From NCBI GenBank assembly GCA_963693365.1, contig CAVNZM010000014.1:6572001-6636000 (forward strand): 64,000 bases of DNA, read 5' to 3'. This DNA is from Amoebidium appalachense (taxonomy: Eukaryota > Protista > Ichthyosporea). A program made the position numbers and the translations under genes. This document shows positions 43,906-64,000 of this stretch, one piece after another; positions within the stretch are counted from its first letter, which is position 1, and each line of letters opens with the position of its first letter. The notes beneath the pieces were generated by a model. It made no database searches, was not told where the DNA came from, and was given only the letters and a program-made list of their open reading frames with translations.

Positions 43906-44190
43906 CCGCCTTGCCCACGTTCCCCTTCTCACCATGCACACAGAGTACGCACGTCCACATATTTAATCTACCCCCATAACCCCTTTCAACGCATCCCATT
44001 TCTTCCCACCCCCTCATCCCCCCCTCCTCCACCCCCCCCCTTCCCCCTCCCCCGTCCCCCCCGTTCCTCCCCTCGTTCTCACCTCTGTCGTATTCTGTCT
44101 CAGCTGGTCTCCAAGCCCCCCCTCCTCCTCCGGCACCACTGCATACACCTTCGCCTTCGGCCGGACGGGTGGTGGTGGCGGCGGTGGCAT
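38488..44190 (-). CDS. Dual-specificity protein phosphatase with an upstream CxxC..H..H zinc-finger-like motif
   Basis: Exons 44083-44190 ([12 protein letters not shown]), 43753-43848, 43079-43144, unresolved exon(s) within 42440-43027, 41901-42035 ([33 protein letters not shown]), 41158-41373 (IRDNSLEDL), 40214-40350 (catalytic [10 protein letters not shown]), 39245-39323 ([21 protein letters not shown]), 38488-38607 (TAG). The N-terminal exons are less certain than the catalytic domain. Confidence 0.88.
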
Positions 44191-44683
44191 GTTTGCTATA
44201 TATTCGGTTAATAACGAGTACGTTTAAGTGTCCGAGCTCGATGGAGAAAAGGTTGGAAAGGGCGGAAACGAAAAGAAAATTTGAACATAAGCCTCCAGCG
44301 AGTCCAGCCCCAGTTGGACATTAGATAGGTACATGATGACGTCACTGATGCATGCTAAGCCAATAAAAACAGATACAAAATACGTCATGGTGACAAAACA
44401 TATGGCGACTTTCTCTGATGAGAGAGAGGGAGGGGGGGAGAGAGCCGTGACGAGAGAGACTGTGTGCGTGTGTGCGTATGTGCGTGTGTGCGTGCGGGAG
44501 GACGGCGTGTATATATGTGTGCTTGAGCGTGTTCGAATTCGTGTGTGTGCTTGCGTATTTTTGTGTCTGTGTGTGTGCGTCTGAGTGTCACGTGTGTGTG
44601 TGTGTGTGTGTGTGTGTTTCTGTTTGTGTGGGTGTGTGTATGTGTGAAGAGGGTGAGGGGGAGAGAAGGGGCGGCAAAGAGAC

Positions 44684-45028
<345 letters not shown>

Positions 45029-45553
45029 TGAAGGGGAAGAGGGAGGGAGGGAGGGAGGGAGGGACTAGAGACGGTGGGAGGCAGGGAGACAAAGACAGAA
45101 GACTCGGAAAGGGATTAAAAGCAGCATGCAGTGTGCACGATCATTTGACAACTTCTGTAGGTACACTTGTGTGCCGTTATGCCTATGGAGCCTCGTCTTA
45201 ATACCATAGTGAACCAACGACACACAGAAAAACAGTTGTTACTAGACGCCTGCTCTATGGTGATAAGGCCAGGTAATTTACAGAGAGTGCCTGCTCTCAG
45301 TGTGACAATTGCTATTATTAGCCAGTAACGTGTGACCCTTTGGCCTTATAAACATTGATGTGTGGAACATGAATGCGCAGTTCGTTATTAGTGTAAGGTT
45401 GAAGGGCCCGGAGGGCCCATCACCATACTTCGATAGAGTATATACAAGTATCGTGCATGATGTGTGCAGGAAGAAAACCATCCAATTTCAGATGTTAGTT
45501 GAAAAACACCGGAGAAAGTGTCTGTGAACAATCAAATGTAAAGTAAATATCCT

Positions 45554-45592
<39 letters not shown>

Positions 45593-46611
45593 ACATCCTT
45601 TATGAATCCGCCCCAAGCCCTGCCTGCGAGAAGTCCCTTCGATTTCTACTCTCCGGGTCACAAATGTACACTTAGCTCTCTCTCAGTATATGCCTTTCCC
45701 CCCTCTTCCTCCCCGACCCCTCACAGCTTTAAAACGACTAGTTTCTTCTCATCATCCCCTCTCTTCTGTTGGCCTCCCTCGCCCTCCCCCCTCCCCCCCC
45801 AAGGCCTCCTATCGCACTCTGACCTTGCTCCCCCCGGCCCCCCCGAGCTCCCCGGCCAGGCTGCAGAACGTTTCAAAGACGGGAGAAAGTTTGCCTGACT
45901 CATCGCACGCGTCCAGTCATGCGACCCGTAGATGAATACCCGGAGGGGGTCTTAGATTTTTGCCTCATTTTAAAATTTTCATCATATGACGCCCTGCGGC
46001 GCTGTAGTCATGTCACCGTGAATCATGGTATCCGAGCCGAGTATTATATATCTTATTTCATGCACAATTATATATACCAAAAAAAATGTATGTTTCTTAT
46101 AAAGTTTTATGGTTCGTGCATAGGTTGGTAGGTTGTGTTTTCAAGAAGCCATGACACTTTTAAGAATGGCATAGGAGCCCGTTTTTGTTTGGTGTGGGGG
46201 GACGCATTCCGGTCCGTTTGCAAGGCAGCAAAAAACTTCAAAACAGAAAACTCAAAACCGGTGGATGAAAAAGAGAGAGAACGGGTGAGAAAGAGGCCGC
46301 ATTAGCACTAATTTAGTGTTAGTATCTTAGTAGTTTTGCGTCGTATATTTAGGAGTTGAACAGTATCGTGTCAAACTTTTCGACGCATGTTTATCAAATC
46401 CACGCCCTACCTGTTATTCATACAACGGTTCATCACCATTAGAAAGCTTTTCCCTATACTTTCACTTGACCTCCGTAGATAGTTAGTAATTGTGCGTTAT
46501 ATACTTGAATAACATAGCCGCGGGTGAAATGAGCAGAATTAATTATTATCTCTAGTGAACTTTCATTTTACCATCACGAAGACTTAAACCTTGTTGATTG
46601 TTTACTCGCAG

Positions 46612-46641
46612 GAGGGGCGCTCATTCCTAGAGCCTGTGAAG
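46612..46641 (+). other. Probable 30-nt 5' UTR exon of the downstream PAS-domain gene
   Basis: tttactcgcAG|...gtgaag|GTatgt followed by (GT)n as in other introns. Splicing to the acceptor at 47806-47807 gives no open frame into ATG 47824. Confidence 0.5.
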
Positions 46642-46768
<127 letters not shown>

Positions 46769-47823
46769 GGTGGGTGGGTGGGTGGGTGGGTGGGTGGTGT
46801 GTGTGTGTGTGTGTGTGTGTGTTTGTGTGCGTGTGTGTGTGTACGTGTTTGTGTGCGTGTGTGGTTGTGTGGTTGTGTGTGTGTGTGTTTGTGTGGTTGT
46901 TACACGCGCGTGTCTGTGTGTGTGCTTGTGTGTCTCTCTCTGTGTGTGTACGTTTTTACCCGCGGCATGTAAGTCGGCGTGACTGTTGGGGTGTGTTTGT
47001 TACGCGTGTTTACGTGTGCTTCTGTGTGCGTGTAATAATAGCTCATGTGCCCTGTTCATGTTTAGGTGTGTGGGGTGGCGCACTCAATTGTTTATGCGTT
47101 TCGTGTGTGTCGGTGTGTGTGCACTGGTGAAAAGATGGAGATTGAGGGTGCGCGTAAACTTGGGTGGAGATGAATCTTAAACACTGTTCAAAGCTGACGG
47201 ATTATATGTTTTTCCTTCGTCTATTGCTACCTTTATAACATCGGGTCCTTCCTGCCCTGCCTAAACTCATTTGGTCCCTTTCAAGCGCTTGAAGGACGGC
47301 GGTTTAGAGTTTTTTCCCCTGTGCTCCATAGCTTATCCTTTCCGTATTATAAATACGAGGTTAATTTGATGCTAATAGTTCAACTGCAAAGCCACTTACA
47401 TACCTTTTAGAAAAACTACTTGCAATCACTTGTCATACCTTAGTCGGAGACAACGTCGTGCCAGAGGATTATGCGGGGATAATATTTCCTGACTACAGTG
47501 AGTGTGGGCAAGGCTTGATTATGTAGCCATGAGGGTGGGGACAAGAGATAGTGTCGCAACTGGGACTGATTCTTGCTAGTTTACCGCGGAAGATGGGATG
47601 GATTTTTGGCGCTTCTTGAATGAATTCGCAAATGGCTTGCGTGTGTTTTCTGCAGTTTTGCTTTCTGAATTTGTTTTCACTTTATGCTCTTGAACGCCTG
47701 GAACCCTCCCATCTCCCCATTCCCCCTCCCCTCCCGTCCCTCCAACCCCTTCCTCTCAATTAGTGCTACCCTATCACCAGCGCGCTCATGTTTGTTTCCA
47801 ACTGCAGGCGACAAAACGAAAAA

Positions 47824-57901
<10,078 letters not shown>

Positions 57902-57929
57902 AGCGGAATTTGATTTGGGAGTGGATTTG

Positions 57930-58025
<96 letters not shown>

Positions 58026-58395
58026 ACACCTGGACTTATTTGGGTAGGTGTGAGGTGTGTGTGTGTGTTTGGGGGGGGGGGGGGGGGGGGGATATGCTGT
58101 GTGTGTGTTAGGATAACGGTTGGGGACACTGGCCCTCGTGTGTGTGCACTCGCATGCGTGTATGCTCCCACACACACACACACACACACACACATGTACA
58201 CACGCATACACATTGCAACCACTTGATAGTGGTAATTTAAGCGTTGGGTCCCAGAAAAGTTACATGTTGCTCGATCATGGGGGATGTGGGATGTAGCAAA
58301 TAGAATTAAATGGCAGTTGGCCGATATTTTAGGGTTTTTGTCCAGCTTGCTCGCCTGGGGCGCCTCAAAATTGTAACTACTTTCTTTTTTGCTGT

Positions 58396-58504
<109 letters not shown>

Positions 58505-58587
58505 ATATAGGTAAGGTAGGTAGGGGTCTGTGACCCCTTGTGAAGAACCCCTGAAAAAATGCATTCACACACACGATGCACATGGAG

Positions 58588-58621
<34 letters not shown>

Positions 58622-59403
58622 GCGCACACGCGCACACACACAAACACACGTCACACTTACACACAAACAAAAAAGGCTGCTCGCCAGCCTTAGGTTATTA
58701 AGAGCCTCAGTATGTTCAATCCTACAACAAATATATCATACGTGAGTTTGATTGTGTCGTCAGTATCAGAATTTCACTAACACAGAGTTCTACAAAGTGG
58801 GTGGCCGGAAAAAGACCGCCTATGTTTGTGCATTTATCCGCACCTGAATATTGATGTACTAAGTGTAATGATAGTATGTGTCAGAGAGCTCAGTGGAGAC
58901 GACGACTCGTACACCCGGGCTGACAGTGTGTTTTTGAAAAGAGAAAACAAAAAAAATGGATACCGTATCGCATGCAGATTTGTCATATGCATGTGGTAAT
59001 GTGGTTGTGACGGCTTGTGCGGTTCATAAGTAAAGTACGTGCACGCGGGAACAATTGGGCTTAATTTGCTAATAAAATAGTGGGTTCGTAGCTTAGCTTG
59101 TGTACAATGCGGAGGGCGAGCCCCCGGGGGGCGGGTGGGCGGGTGGGCGGGTGCAGAGGGGGAAGGAGGGAGCGAGGGGGGGGGGGGGGGGGGGGGGCAG
59201 CCATGGTACCGGTAGATCTAGATTTATAAAACAACCAACACTGTGCAAAAAAGTAGGAATATGCCGCTATACATTTATATATACATATGGCAGTGGTGTG
59301 TGTGTGGTTTTTTTTTTTTTGTTGTTGTTGTTGTTCTTGTCTTTGTGTGAGTGTGTGTGTGTGTGGTGGTGGTGGGTGGTGGGTGGGTGTGTGTATGTGT
59401 GTG

Positions 59404-59458
<55 letters not shown>

Positions 59459-60140
59459 CTGGAATGTCCGGAGTATGATTTTTGGATGCGTGTACATGTG
59501 TTGTCTGTACAGCTGCAGGAACACAATATAGCGAGGCCATATAGAGTTTACTGCATGCAGCTTGTTAGCGCTGGCTCTTGTGTAGCACATGCATCAAGCC
59601 ATCTATAAGAACACGTACGTAATATATATACCCATGTTTACGGTGATGTTACAAGGGAAAACTTTGCCAAGATATGGAAACAAAACGGTTAAATTTGCCG
59701 AAATACCTTGGGGAAGCATATCAAAATAAGCGCACTTGTTGACAATACGTATGCAGGGATTCCGATTATTGTGAAACAAAAATTTGTCAAGCTTTTTTGG
59801 CCCACCCATTCAGGTTTATTCAGGCACATCTCCGTCACCTGTTTCTTCCACTTTACGAATATTTACCTTCCATCACAGAGACGAAGTATTGGGAGACTTG
59901 GTTCGTCTCTGTACCTATAATCATTCACTCACAAGAATGCCTAGCACAAAATCTCAAATACACATTTAGCATATAAAAACAAAACATGTATGTTGCAACC
60001 ACCCTTGTTAGGCAGTGCACAACGATATCCCTGTGAGTTAGTGTACGTGAAGTAAAGTGTTTATGTACACACATGTCTTTGTGTGGGTGTGGGTGGGGTG
60101 TGGGTGTGCAGGTGTGTGCGCACACCATCTTGTGTGGGTG

Positions 60141-60239
<99 letters not shown>

Positions 60240-60473
60240 CGCGCGCGTGCGTGCGTGTGTGCGTGTTTGTGTGCTTGTTATCATGCATCTGCAATTCTCA
60301 AAAGCATATTGTAAACCCAACAAAGGGAAACTCACATGCCCATCAACAGTTTCATTTCCTTAAAAAAAAAATACTCACACCAATGCATTCAATGCCCCTA
60401 TAAGAGGCACCCATTCTCATCTTTAAAAAACTATGCACAAACATCTATTGGAAAAGATCCTGCTCGCGTGTTT

Positions 60474-63777
<3,304 letters not shown>

Positions 63778-64000
63778 CTGTGTACGTGTGTGTAGGAGCG
63801 GTCATGAGAGCGTGTGTGAAGGTGTGTGTATGAATGTGTGTGTAGGGATGTGTAGGGGTGTGTGTGTAGGGGCATGTGTGAATGTGCATGGATGTGTGAG
63901 TGTGTGAGTGGCTATGGTGTGGCCAAACCGAATAGGATCCACACCGAAGTGGCTGCGTATACGTGTGTGGATGGGTAGGTGTGGGTATAGGTGCGTTCAT

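Overview
Intron-rich eukaryotic (probably protist) genomic DNA, saturated with poly-G/poly-C, (GT)n/(CA)n and (GA)n tracts. Almost all ORFs in the supplied track are repeat artefacts. Reading exons between GT-AG sites by hand gives six spliced genes: (1) a secreted Cys-rich modular protein, + 3375-11532, 12 exons, all introns phase 1; (2) an ecdysoneless ECD/SGT1 homolog, - 14005-29978, about 20 exons; (3) RPL35/uL29, + 34698-36317; (4) a dual-specificity phosphatase, - 38488-44190; (5) a Q/P-rich protein with an Ert1/Rds2-like C-terminal PAS region but no Zn2Cys6 cluster, + 47824-57901; (6) the 3' part of thiamine pyrophosphokinase, - 60474 to beyond the window end. The most notable non-coding observations are an intronic repeat family in sense orientation whose copies show G-U and compensatory pairing (candidate undescribed structured RNA or SINE), introns polarised with G/GT-rich 5' ends and C/CA-rich 3' ends lacking a U-rich tract, and a 467-bp TTAA-flanked foldback MITE. 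Family assignments rest on recalled motifs; no database search was run.
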